Below are positions 8,771 through 18,080 of a stretch of DNA of 50,062 nt, piece by piece. A program made the position numbers and the translations under genes. The notes beneath the pieces were generated by a model, which was not told the DNA's origin, made no database searches, and saw nothing but the letters and a program-made list of their open reading frames with translations. Each line of letters starts with the position of its first letter. Within the stretch, counting starts at the first letter, position 1. Source of the stretch: an uncultured Elusimicrobiaceae bacterium. Lineage in GTDB: Bacteria > Elusimicrobiota > Elusimicrobia > Elusimicrobiales > UBA9959. The stretch is taken from NCBI GenBank assembly GCA_964534135.1, contig CAZHQC010000002.1:1-50062 (forward strand). Reading direction: 5' to 3'.

Positions 8771-9631
8771 TTAAAACAGCATATCTGCGGGATTGATAGC
8801 CTGGACCGCTATATTATATTCATTGGCCTTTTTAATGAAAAGTTCTTTTTCAAGTATAAGTGTTTTCCGTGATTCTATGGCTAAAACATTTGCGCCGGCA
8901 TCTCTCATTATTTCCAGAGTTTTTATCCCTATTACGGGCAGGTCAAAACGCATATCTTGATTGGGGCGCGCGACTTTAACCACAACCATATTTTTTTTTG
9001 GATGTTTTTTTTCTGCATTTATTTTATTGAAAACATTGCCCGCTCTTAATATGCAATTATCTGTGCCTTCCATAGCTTCAACCGCCACCACCGTTTTATC
9101 TCGAATTACAACTGTAAGTCCGATATCCATATCGGCCATAATCTTTGCCACTTTCCAGCCGAAATGAATATCTTTATCTTGTTTTTTATTTGGTTTTAGG
9201 GAAGTTAAAAAACCTCTTTTAGGCAGAAGATGGTCCAGAAAAGTCGCTGAATTTATCAATTCAATATTATCTTTTTTAAGTTCATCGGCTACCGCGCCCA
9301 AAATTGAATTTGTTTTTTTATCTTTAAGATTAAAAAGCAGTTTGGCGGCTCTAAAATCAGGGGAAATATTACCCCCGAATATCGATACATGAGGGACATC
9401 TCCGGCCATGAGAACTCTGCTTACTTTATTGGTTTTTAGAAATTTTACTGGACTGCTTATCTGTCCAAGTTTGAAATATTTTATTTCCTTTGCATAAAAC
9501 TCAATTTGTTTTGGGGTTATCCCTTGAAGCCCTATTATGAACACTTCATAACCCAGTTTTTTTGCCTCTCTGGCGAAAAATATGGGATAGGCTCCACCGC
9601 CCGAAATTAAACCTATTTTTTTTTTAGACAT
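8771..9631 (-). CDS. lpxI: LpxI-family (DUF1009) UDP-2,3-diacylglucosamine hydrolase
   Basis: N-terminal IGLISGGGAYP, DIGLTVVIRDKTVVAVEAMEGTDNCILRAG and FDLPVIG blocks match my memory of LpxI. It overlaps the lpxA stop by 8 nt. Confidence 0.7.
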   Translation of the reverse strand: MSKKKIGLISGGGAYPIFFAREAKKLGYEVFIIGLQGITPKQIEFYAKEIKYFKLGQISSPVKFLKTNKVSRVLMAGDVPHVSIFGGNISPDFRAAKLLFNLKDKKTNSILGAVADELKKDNIELINSATFLDHLLPKRGFLTSLKPNKKQDKDIHFGWKVAKIMADMDIGLTVVIRDKTVVAVEAMEGTDNCILRAGNVFNKINAEKKHPKKNMVVVKVARPNQDMRFDLPVIGIKTLEIMRDAGANVLAIESRKTLILEKELFIKKANEYNIAVQAINPADMLF

Positions 9632-10433
9632 CAGTTCCTTCAGATTTCTTTATTTTTGATTTTGGCCGGGATATGCCGCGTTTGGATTTTTCACAAAACT
9701 CTAACATATGTTTTGCTTCCGGTAATAATTTTTCTGTTTTTAATTTCTTCAAAGCATTTGTAAAGAGATGGCCTTCAAGAAAAAGGGTTTTAAAAACATA
9801 TTTAATTGATTTTATACTTTCTCTGGATATTCCCGCTCTTTTAAGGCCGACAATATTCAGGCCTACGGGCTTTGCTCTATCTCCCTGCGCCAGAACATAA
9901 GGGATGATATCTTGGCTTACCATTGAGCCGCCGCCAAGCATTGCCAAGGTTCCTATTTGTGTAAATTGATGCAGGCCGCTAAAAGCGCTGATTGTAACAT
10001 TGTCTTCTATCCTAACATGACCTGAAGCGGCGGAGGAATTAACCATAATTACTTTATTTCCCACTCGACAATCATGGCCGATATGAGAATTAGCCATAAA
10101 CATGCAGCCATTTCCGATAGTTGTAATGGAGGTCAAAGGTGAGCCTCTATGCAGGGAAACTCCTTCCCGGATAATATTATTATCTCCTATAATAATCTTG
10201 GTTTTCTCACCGTTATATTTATAATCTTGAGGGGGAGTGCCTATAAAAGCATGGCCTGTAAAATGATTATCTTTGCCTATTTCAGCAAACTCTAATATGG
10301 AATGCGGGCCTATATAGGTTCCGCTTTTAATTTTAACTTCTTCACCTATAACGGCATAAGGTCCTATTTCAACATTTTCGTCAATTTCGGCATTTGGATT
10401 TATTATCGCGGTTGCGTGAATTTTTACACTCAT
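9624..10433 (-). CDS. lpxA: acyl-ACP:UDP-GlcNAc O-acyltransferase
   Basis: Hexapeptide-repeat left-handed beta-helix followed by a helical C-terminal domain. Canonical N-terminus MSVKIHATAIINPNAEI. I chose the ATG at 10433 (AGAGGA SD) over the ORF-track start at 10481, which would overlap fabZ. Confidence 0.9.
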   Translation of the reverse strand: MSVKIHATAIINPNAEIDENVEIGPYAVIGEEVKIKSGTYIGPHSILEFAEIGKDNHFTGHAFIGTPPQDYKYNGEKTKIIIGDNNIIREGVSLHRGSPLTSITTIGNGCMFMANSHIGHDCRVGNKVIMVNSSAASGHVRIEDNVTISAFSGLHQFTQIGTLAMLGGGSMVSQDIIPYVLAQGDRAKPVGLNIVGLKRAGISRESIKSIKYVFKTLFLEGHLFTNALKKLKTEKLLPEAKHMLEFCEKSKRGISRPKSKIKKSEGTDV

Positions 10434-10467
10434 TTTATCCTCTTGAAGTATATTTAAATAGTTTGGT

Positions 10468-10932
10468 TTAAACCATGGCAAAAATCAATTGCGCTTCGGC
10501 GCATATTTCATTATCAACAAAAGCTATGCCTTTTACTTTTCCAACGGTTTTTTTAAAGGCGGTAATTTCTACGCGCAATTTCATAACTTCACCGGGTAAA
10601 ACTTGTCTTCTGAATTTGGCGTTTTTTATGCCGGCAAAATAAGCGAATCGTTCCTTCATTTCCGGAAGCCCCATTATCATGGCGGCAGCTGTTTGCGCCA
10701 TGGATTCCAAGATTAGAACTCCCGGCATTACCGGTTTATTTGGAAAGTGACCATGAAAAAACAGTTCATTGGCGCTTACGCATTTAATGCCCACAGCCAA
10801 TTTGTTTTCTTCATGTATTTCCACTTTATCTATCAGTAGAAAAGGATAGCGATGAGGAATAATTTCCAAAATTTCTTGGCTTTCCATAATTCTGAGAGGT
10901 TTATTTTGAGGAATACTTTCTATATTCTTCAC
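10468..10932 (-). CDS. fabZ: 3-hydroxyacyl-ACP dehydratase
   Basis: IPHRYPFLLIDKV and FFHGHFPNKPVMPGVLILESMAQ motifs. GTG start 7 nt after a GAGGAGG SD. Confidence 0.9.
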   Translation of the reverse strand: MKNIESIPQNKPLRIMESQEILEIIPHRYPFLLIDKVEIHEENKLAVGIKCVSANELFFHGHFPNKPVMPGVLILESMAQTAAAMIMGLPEMKERFAYFAGIKNAKFRRQVLPGEVMKLRVEITAFKKTVGKVKGIAFVDNEICAEAQLIFAMV

Positions 10933-11010
10933 CCTACCACCTCCTCACCAATCTTTGATTGGTATTTTTTTGAGTCCCGAGATAGGCGGGACTGAGCAGG
11001 TGGTAGGGTC
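10930..11010 (-). promoter_or_regulatory. structured 5' leader that sequesters the fabZ SD and start codon
   Basis: On the mRNA strand, ACCCUACCACCUGCUC pairs with GAGGAGGUGGUAGGGU (15 of 16 positions). The second arm contains the SD and the first two nt of the GUG. The outer stem encloses two 7-bp hairpins (agtcccg/cgggact and accaatc/gattggt). Confidence 0.4.
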
Positions 11011-11108
11011 ATAAAATTCTCCTAAATTATTGTAATTTCCTTTTAAGGCTATGTTCGCGGATAGCCAAAGTTGATACTAAAAAGATACTTTGCTACCGTA
11101 TTGACGCA

Positions 11109-11969
11109 TTAAACTGTTTTTGTGACTTTGCTTTTTAATAGTTTAGCAAAATCCACATTTGTTTTATGACCGGTGTAACCCGCTTCTATGGATATATTTT
11201 TAAAATCAAATTCCATTAGTTTTAAGTCGCCTATTAAATCAAGCAATTTATGTCTGGCAAATTCATTTTCAAATCTAAGCTTGCCCGAAGATGTTAATAT
11301 TTGATTGTCATCTATGATAATTGCATTGTTTAAGGAACCGCCCAAGGCAAGTCCGTTTTTCAAAAGATAATCTATTTCATTTTTAAAGCCGAAAGTTCTG
11401 GCCGGGGCCACTTCTTTTAGATAGCTTTCATTGCTAAGGTTAATCTCAATTATTTGAGAGCCTACCAGTTTATGTTTATTGGCAAATTTAAGTTTAAATT
11501 TAAGGCCGTGATGAGCTTTTACTTTATAGTAAGATTTGCCTTCATTGAATTCAAATTCTTTTAAGAGTGTTAGAAAAGATTTAGTTTGTCCTTTTTTTTC
11601 TGTAATATTAGCTTTAATTAGAGCTTTTGCAAATTCCACAGCTGAGCCATCGAGTATGGGAGGTTCACTGGAGTTGATCTCGACATCCAAATCATCAATG
11701 GTAAGTCCGGCGCAAGCTGAAAGAATATGTTCCACCGTATGTATAATTTCAGTTTCTTCACCGATAGAAGTGCCTCGCACAGTCGTTTTTACATTTTCAA
11801 TATTGGCGTTTATTATAATTGGTTTTGAGGACTTTTTTTGTTTTACAAACCGGATGCCCAACGGTTTTTCTTGAGGTAAAAAAGTAATCTTACAAGGTTT
11901 TCCCGTATGAATACCTATGCCTTCAAGAGATATTTTATCTGATATGGTTTTTCTATTCATAATAATCAA
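11109..11969 (-). CDS. lpxC: UDP-3-O-acyl-GlcNAc deacetylase
   Basis: GIGIHTGKP, TVEHILSA and FARHKLLDLIGDL (HKxLDxxGDL) motifs. Confidence 0.9.
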   Translation of the reverse strand: MIIMNRKTISDKISLEGIGIHTGKPCKITFLPQEKPLGIRFVKQKKSSKPIIINANIENVKTTVRGTSIGEETEIIHTVEHILSACAGLTIDDLDVEINSSEPPILDGSAVEFAKALIKANITEKKGQTKSFLTLLKEFEFNEGKSYYKVKAHHGLKFKLKFANKHKLVGSQIIEINLSNESYLKEVAPARTFGFKNEIDYLLKNGLALGGSLNNAIIIDDNQILTSSGKLRFENEFARHKLLDLIGDLKLMEFDFKNISIEAGYTGHKTNVDFAKLLKSKVTKTV

Positions 11970-11991
11970 AGAGTTTTAGGATTTTGGAGTC

Positions 11992-13020
11992 TTAGATGTC
12001 TAATTTTTTTTGAATTTTTTTAATAGTCTTATATATTTCAGGAAGTTTGCCCAGAAGAACTTCAATTTTCATTGCTTCTCGATGAGGCCTGCCTACTTGT
12101 CCAAATACAATTTTGCCTTTATCTAAATTGCTCATTATGCCCGTTTTTCCCATTACTATGGCATTGTCGCCTATATTTATATGATCACTGATGGCGGATT
12201 GTCCGCCTATTATCACATTATTGCCTATTGTGCTTGAGCCTGCGATACCTACCTGCGCCATTACGAGACAATTTGTGCCCATGATGACATTGTGAGCTAT
12301 ATGAATCAAATTGTCCAGTTTTGTTCCCGCGCCTATTATTGTTTCGCCTAAAGTTGCTCTGTCTATTGTGCAATTCGCGCCTATTTCGACATTTTCCTGA
12401 ATGCGCACTTTCCCTATTTGAGGTATTTTCTCGTGATTGTCTTTAACTTTTATATAACCATAACCATCGGAACCTATTACCACGCCGCTGTGAATTATTA
12501 CTTTTTTTTCAATAATGCAATGCTGGCCAATATTTACATTGGGATGAATAAATGAATCTTCCCCTATTTGAACATTGTCTTCTATACAGCAATGAGCATT
12601 GATATGAGCGCCCTTAAAAATTTTTGTATTTTTGCCTATAATTACATAAGGACCGATAAAAACATTCTCATCTATAGTCGCAGTTTCATCTATAAGCGCG
12701 GTTTTATGGATAGAGGGTTCTTTTGTGGGATGAACTTCTTTTTCCATAATCCTCAAAAATTTTGCAAATGAATATTTTGGATTTTCGGAATATATAATAG
12801 CGCCTTCACAATCAAATGATTTGTTTTTAGATTGTATCGGAACTATGATGCATCCTGCTTTACAATTGGGCAGTAAATTTAGTTTGTCCGTATGATTTAT
12901 ATAGGTAAGATCATTTTTTTTAGCTGTTAATATGGAACCCGCGCCGGTAATTAGTATGTCTTGGGCGCTTTTAATTTCATCTCCCAATAATTCAGCTATG
13001 CGCTGAGGCTTCATCTTCAT
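11992..13020 (-). CDS. lpxD: UDP-3-O-acylglucosamine N-acyltransferase
   Basis: N-terminal IAELLG-type domain, then a long hexapeptide-repeat beta-helix. It lies in the conserved bamA-skp-lpxD arrangement. Confidence 0.9.
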   Translation of the reverse strand: MKMKPQRIAELLGDEIKSAQDILITGAGSILTAKKNDLTYINHTDKLNLLPNCKAGCIIVPIQSKNKSFDCEGAIIYSENPKYSFAKFLRIMEKEVHPTKEPSIHKTALIDETATIDENVFIGPYVIIGKNTKIFKGAHINAHCCIEDNVQIGEDSFIHPNVNIGQHCIIEKKVIIHSGVVIGSDGYGYIKVKDNHEKIPQIGKVRIQENVEIGANCTIDRATLGETIIGAGTKLDNLIHIAHNVIMGTNCLVMAQVGIAGSSTIGNNVIIGGQSAISDHINIGDNAIVMGKTGIMSNLDKGKIVFGQVGRPHREAMKIEVLLGKLPEIYKTIKKIQKKLDI

Positions 13021-13838
13021 AAAGAATTTTCTTCTTCCAATTTTAGTAATAGTTTATCTGTAAGGTCCACCGCATAATTTCCAAATAAAATGCTTCTTTT
13101 ATCTATTACCACGCTTACCCCTTCTTTAATAGCGAGTTCTTTTAAAATCATATAAATTTTTCCGAGTATGGTTTTGGTTTGGCGATTTTCATAATCTAAA
13201 AGTTCAAGTTCCGCCTGAGTTCGGTATATTTCAATTTCTTTTTTTACTTTTTCTAATTCGATCGATTTTTGAATTATGACTTTTTCTATTATGGCCGCGG
13301 AGGTGGAAATTGAAAAATTAAAATAACTTAAAGGGATATTGCTTATGCCGGGCATATCAAATACAGGTATTTTCGGCTCGGATTTTATTGTGGATGTGGA
13401 TATGGCTGTTATGGAAACAATGGAATCAGTTGAATTTGAAATATTGTCGTTTGTGCTTTGAACATCCTGCTCGGGCGTTGCGACAGTAGATGAAGACGAT
13501 AGTTGATTTAAGAGTCTTTGATTCTCAATTAAAAGAGGCAGTCTTAAAGCGAATTCTTTTTCTTGTTTAAGCTGGTTTATTTCTGCTTTAAGCGTGAATA
13601 AGCTTTTTTTCTTAGCATTTATAAAAGTTTCTTTTTCTTGCACTTTCTTTTTAAAGAAATCTTTTTGTTGATTTGTCAGGGAGTATTTTTTGAAAACTAA
13701 ATCTATATCCACATAGCCCACTGTGCCGCTTTCCGCTTTATTGCTTTCAAGTGAAAGTTCCAAGGAATAAGCTGATCCTGTTAAAAAAAAGAGGAACATG
13801 AAAATAGTTGAAAGGCTTTTTAAAAAAAGTTTATTCAT
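13017..13838 (-). CDS. OmpH/Skp-like periplasmic chaperone
   Basis: Signal peptide and Lys/Glu/Gln-rich coiled-coil segments. It occupies the position between bamA and lpxD. It carries an unusual Ser/Thr-rich insert (SSSSTVATPEQDVQSTNDNISNSTDSIVSITAISTST). Confidence 0.6.
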   Translation of the reverse strand: MNKLFLKSLSTIFMFLFFLTGSAYSLELSLESNKAESGTVGYVDIDLVFKKYSLTNQQKDFFKKKVQEKETFINAKKKSLFTLKAEINQLKQEKEFALRLPLLIENQRLLNQLSSSSTVATPEQDVQSTNDNISNSTDSIVSITAISTSTIKSEPKIPVFDMPGISNIPLSYFNFSISTSAAIIEKVIIQKSIELEKVKKEIEIYRTQAELELLDYENRQTKTILGKIYMILKELAIKEGVSVVIDKRSILFGNYAVDLTDKLLLKLEEENSL

Positions 13839-13945
13839 AAATTAATTGGTCGTACGCATGGCTTCCGACACCTCAAGAAGCATAGCTTCGTTTATTGTAC
13901 TAAAAAAATATAAAACAGAGATTGCAAAATTATTCTGTTTTCTAC

Positions 13946-16534
13946 TTAAAAGAGATTGCCAAGCGTGAAGTATATATCTGATCTCTGCTCGCCAGGCTCA
14001 TGATTGAAGCCATAGGCCCAATCCAGCCTGATGGGGAAAGCAGGCGTGGTAAATCTTATGCCAAAGCCGGCTCCCGCTTTAAGTCTTGTTGAACCCGTGC
14101 CAAAACGCATGCTTACATTATTGAAATCTTCCCAGGAATTGCCCACATCAAAAAAGAAAGCCCATTGAACAATGGTTCTTTTTCTCTCTCTGGCTAATGG
14201 GAATTTAAATTCTATATTAGCGACATTATAAACCTTGCCACCATCTTGCGGACCTATTTGACCGTTTGAATTATAACCTCTTACGGTTTCAGAACCGCCG
14301 ATGAAATATCTTTCATAGACAGGCACGGATTTTGTAGCGCCGAAACGCGCCACATAGCCAAATCTATTGGCAAATGAAAGGACAAAAGGATAGTCATCTA
14401 TCTCAAATAGCTTATGATTATAGCTATAAGAAATATTGGGTTTATAAAAGTTTACATCTCCCATTAAAGGTCCGCCGGTAAATTCCAGACCTATGGAAGA
14501 GCGGGAACCGCTTACAGGGTCCCAAATATTATTCCGCGTATCGCGCGCAAATTCCAGATAGATGGAGGATGTTATGCTGGTTCCCTCTGTTAGAACGGAG
14601 GTAAATTGACTTTCAACACCTGAGATTCTTACTTTTTCATAAGTATAAGATGTATTAAGGCGGTATTTATCGTCTTCAAATCTCGGGCCTACGGAAACCT
14701 TGCCACCGGTTCTTTTCTCCGTATAAGCTGAAAGAGAATCTTGATACGGCCGATATTTTCGGGTATTATAAATATCTCCACCCAGGCTTATGGGTTTGTC
14801 TTTTACCCAGGGAGTTGTCCAGCTGACATGATAATCTTGCACCCTTGCGCCGAATTGCCATGAAATTGAAAGTTTTTGCGCTCTGCCAAACATATTTAAA
14901 TGCTGAGCTGAAAGTGTGCCCACAAGTCCTTCATTGGATGAAACGCCCGCGCCTGCGGTTAACATCCCGGGTTTTCCTTCCAATATATCAAAGACCAAAT
15001 CCACTTTATCCGGGTCCGTTGAAGGGTTTATGGCTAATTGGACATCATCAATAAAACCAAGATTAAAAATCTTTTCCTGACTGCGTCTTATTTTTGATGA
15101 ACTGAATATGGAGCCTTCTTTCTGAGCTATTTCTCTGCGCAGAACATAAGTTTTGGTAGCTTTATTTCCTTCAACATCTATATGATCGACATAGATGGGC
15201 GTGTTTTCTTCTATCTGAAAATTTATATCCAAATTCCCGGTGTCTTTGTTCTCTATTTTCAGCGGTTTTATAAGCGCTCTTAAATAGCCTTTGTCGGCAT
15301 ATTTATTTTGAATGGCCCTTAAGGTTTCTTGAAGTCTTTCATCACTATAAAATTTATCTTTTTTATATTCCAGAAGTTCTTGTAAGTCTTTTGTGGTATA
15401 AGCGGCATTTCCGCTGAATGTTGTATCGCCGAAGGCAAATTTTAACCCTTCATTTAAGTCTATGTTTATAAAGACTTCACTTTTGTTTTCATTAAAAACA
15501 ACGGATGATGAATTAATCTTAAAATTATTAAAACCTTTGTTTCTGTAAAAGGTTTCTATTTTCTTTAAGTCATCGGCTAATTCAAGCGGAGCATAAACTT
15601 TCTTTGGCCGGTTTTTCATCTTTTTTAAAACTTTCTTCAATTTAAAAGATTTAACATTTGGAATATTTACTTCGGTTATGCGTGATTTTTCTCCTTCTTT
15701 GATAATAATTGAAAGTTTGCAAGTATTGGTTGCGGTATCAAATTGAACTTCATAATTTGTTGTCGCGTCTATAAAGCCTTTGCCTTGATATTTGTCGGTT
15801 ATAGCTATTATATCTTCGCGCACTTTGAGTTCGTCAAAAAAATCTTTTTTGGCCAAGTTCATGGCTCGTTTAACGGATGAGTCCGATAGTTTATCATTGC
15901 CCTCAACTAAAATCTTGGTAATCATTGGTTTTTCTTTTATTATGAATGTTAGCTTGACGGGGTGTTTATAGTTTAGGCCTTTTTTCTCATCAAATACAAG
16001 AAATTCATCGTCTAAAGGGGATATATCTATGGATACTGTTTCAATACTGCCAAGATCGAGTATCTTTTCTATATCCTTATTTATATTGTCTTTGTAATAG
16101 GATTTTTTCTTTTTCGCGCTCGATGTTTTGAGGATTACTTTCGGTTTAATATTGATATTGCCTTGGACTGCCAACCCTTTTATAATCCAGGTGCCTTCAG
16201 TTAGGCTTATGTTCAGTTCGGGCAAAGCCTCATTGGAATCTTCAATATTGTCGATGGGCTGTTCCTGCGGTATTGTTCCGATATTCTCGATGGTTTTTAT
16301 TATTTGTTTATCGGGAGTCGATTTTGTGTTTTCAGGTTTTACCGAATTACTTTTAATGTTTTCATTCGGTTTGTCTATTTCATTGGGCAAATCCGGAATA
16401 GGCAAAAAACTATTCCCGGTGGGAGTTTCAACTTGCTCTTTCTCAGATTCCTTCTGAGGGTTATTATCTTGAGCATTTAAATTAACTAAACCTACGGATA
16501 CAACTAAGCAGAGTAGAAGAAGTGATTTTTTCAT
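13946..16534 (-). CDS. bamA: outer membrane protein assembly factor BamA (Omp85 family)
   Basis: Signal peptide, POTRA-like repeats, and a C-terminal Omp85 barrel ending in ...DIYFTLGNLF with terminal Phe. There is a low-complexity N-terminal extension. Confidence 0.9.
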   Translation of the reverse strand: MKKSLLLLCLVVSVGLVNLNAQDNNPQKESEKEQVETPTGNSFLPIPDLPNEIDKPNENIKSNSVKPENTKSTPDKQIIKTIENIGTIPQEQPIDNIEDSNEALPELNISLTEGTWIIKGLAVQGNINIKPKVILKTSSAKKKKSYYKDNINKDIEKILDLGSIETVSIDISPLDDEFLVFDEKKGLNYKHPVKLTFIIKEKPMITKILVEGNDKLSDSSVKRAMNLAKKDFFDELKVREDIIAITDKYQGKGFIDATTNYEVQFDTATNTCKLSIIIKEGEKSRITEVNIPNVKSFKLKKVLKKMKNRPKKVYAPLELADDLKKIETFYRNKGFNNFKINSSSVVFNENKSEVFINIDLNEGLKFAFGDTTFSGNAAYTTKDLQELLEYKKDKFYSDERLQETLRAIQNKYADKGYLRALIKPLKIENKDTGNLDINFQIEENTPIYVDHIDVEGNKATKTYVLRREIAQKEGSIFSSSKIRRSQEKIFNLGFIDDVQLAINPSTDPDKVDLVFDILEGKPGMLTAGAGVSSNEGLVGTLSAQHLNMFGRAQKLSISWQFGARVQDYHVSWTTPWVKDKPISLGGDIYNTRKYRPYQDSLSAYTEKRTGGKVSVGPRFEDDKYRLNTSYTYEKVRISGVESQFTSVLTEGTSITSSIYLEFARDTRNNIWDPVSGSRSSIGLEFTGGPLMGDVNFYKPNISYSYNHKLFEIDDYPFVLSFANRFGYVARFGATKSVPVYERYFIGGSETVRGYNSNGQIGPQDGGKVYNVANIEFKFPLARERKRTIVQWAFFFDVGNSWEDFNNVSMRFGTGSTRLKAGAGFGIRFTTPAFPIRLDWAYGFNHEPGEQRSDIYFTLGNLF

Positions 16535-16535
16535 T

Positions 16536-17942
16536 TTATTTTTTTAAAAGGACTCTCTTCTTTGCTTTTGTTTTGCCTTTTTTTTTGTAGGGCGCGGCAG
16601 GTTTAGCTATTGAGGGAACCGCATTTTCGTTTTCATAATAATCCAGGCCCGAGTGATCTAAAACTTCTTCTCCCATAAGTAATCTGAGAGTGTTTTTTAG
16701 TTTGATATGTTGAATGAATAGATCGTTTTCGGCTGTTAAATCAGGTCTGCACATAGGAGATTTAAAGAAGAAACTCATCCATTCTTGAATACCTGAAAGT
16801 CCGGCTCTTTGCGCTAAGTCCAGGAATATAATTATATCCAGAAAGACGGGCGCGGCCAGAATGGAATCTCTGCAGAGAAAATTTACTTTAATTTGCATCG
16901 GCATTGACATCCAGCCGTCTATATCGATATTATCCCAACCCTCTTTAGCATCGCCTCTGGGGGGATAATAGTCTATGCGAACTTTATGAAAATAATCACC
17001 ATAGAGATCAGGATAGAGTTCAGGATTTAAGATGGAATCTAATACGGACATCTTGCTTTTTTCTTTGGTTTTGAAGGATTGCGGGTCATCTAAAACTTCA
17101 CCATCGCGATTACCTAAAATATTGGTGGAATACCAGCCTTTAAGAGCTAACATTCTGGCTTTTAAACCGGGAGCCAAAATGGTTTTCATTAAGGTTTGGC
17201 CGGTTTTAAAATCTTTGCCCATTACAGGCAAGCCTTGTTTCGCAGCCAATTCCAAGAGGGCGGGCGTGTCTATGCTTAAATTAGGCGCGCCATTGGCGAA
17301 AGGAGCTCCGCTTTTTAAAGCCGCATAAGCATAAATCATTGAAGGTGATATATGAGGAGAATTTTTTTTCAGGCCTTGTTCAAAATTTGCGAGAGTTTTA
17401 TGAACGGACGAAGGTTGTATGAAGGCTTCAGTTGAAGCGCACCATACCACGATAACTCTTTCCAGTTTGTTCTTTTTTTTAAAATCCGCTATATCTTTTA
17501 TTAAAGCAAGAGCCAAATGCATCTTTGTCTTGCCTTTTTTTATTATTTCAGGTTTCAGGTTTTTAATGAATTTATTGTCAAAAACAGCCGGCATGGGCTT
17601 AATGGCTTTTAATTCTTTGGCCACAGGCACGAGTTGCTGAGGATGAAATACTCCCGCATTAAGGGCTGACGAATAAATGGAATCTTTATAAATATCCCAA
17701 CCGCCAAACACCAAGTTTTTCATTTCTGTCAGAGGAACAAAATCTTTAATCAAAGGATTGCGGTTTTCGTAGCGCTTACCGAGGCGGATATGTTGAAGTT
17801 GAGTTATGGAGCCTATTGGCTTGCCAAGATTTTTTTTATTCATTTCAATGCCTGCTATAAGTGTGCTGGTAACCGCGCCCATTCCTGGAATGAGAACGCC
17901 AAGTTTGCCTTTTGCAGGTTTGATTGTTCTTTTGCCTGTCAT
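16536..17942 (-). CDS. myo-inositol-1-phosphate (inositol-3-phosphate) synthase
   Basis: N-terminal Rossmann motif GVLIPGMGAVTSTLIAG. Conserved FANGAPN....P.L.ELA...G.P..GKDFKTGQTLMKT block. It has a Lys-rich C-terminal tail. Its stop is 1 nt from the bamA start. Confidence 0.8.
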   Translation of the reverse strand: MTGKRTIKPAKGKLGVLIPGMGAVTSTLIAGIEMNKKNLGKPIGSITQLQHIRLGKRYENRNPLIKDFVPLTEMKNLVFGGWDIYKDSIYSSALNAGVFHPQQLVPVAKELKAIKPMPAVFDNKFIKNLKPEIIKKGKTKMHLALALIKDIADFKKKNKLERVIVVWCASTEAFIQPSSVHKTLANFEQGLKKNSPHISPSMIYAYAALKSGAPFANGAPNLSIDTPALLELAAKQGLPVMGKDFKTGQTLMKTILAPGLKARMLALKGWYSTNILGNRDGEVLDDPQSFKTKEKSKMSVLDSILNPELYPDLYGDYFHKVRIDYYPPRGDAKEGWDNIDIDGWMSMPMQIKVNFLCRDSILAAPVFLDIIIFLDLAQRAGLSGIQEWMSFFFKSPMCRPDLTAENDLFIQHIKLKNTLRLLMGEEVLDHSGLDYYENENAVPSIAKPAAPYKKKGKTKAKKRVLLKK

Positions 17943-18080
17943 ATGTTTCCTCCGTGTTAATAAATGGCAATTTGTTTATATACTGTTATTCGCGTCTATA
18001 TATACATCATATCATTTTTTTCTGGTCGCTCTAAATATGCTGAAAATTTACATTCTTAAGTTTGATAGAATAAGACTCAA

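Noticed and set aside
10434-10481. Upstream start (MPWFKPNYLNILQEDK...) for lpxA
   Set aside because: It would overlap fabZ by 14 nt and add a non-homologous N-terminus. The ATG at 10433 has an AGAGGA SD and gives the canonical MSVKIHATAII start.
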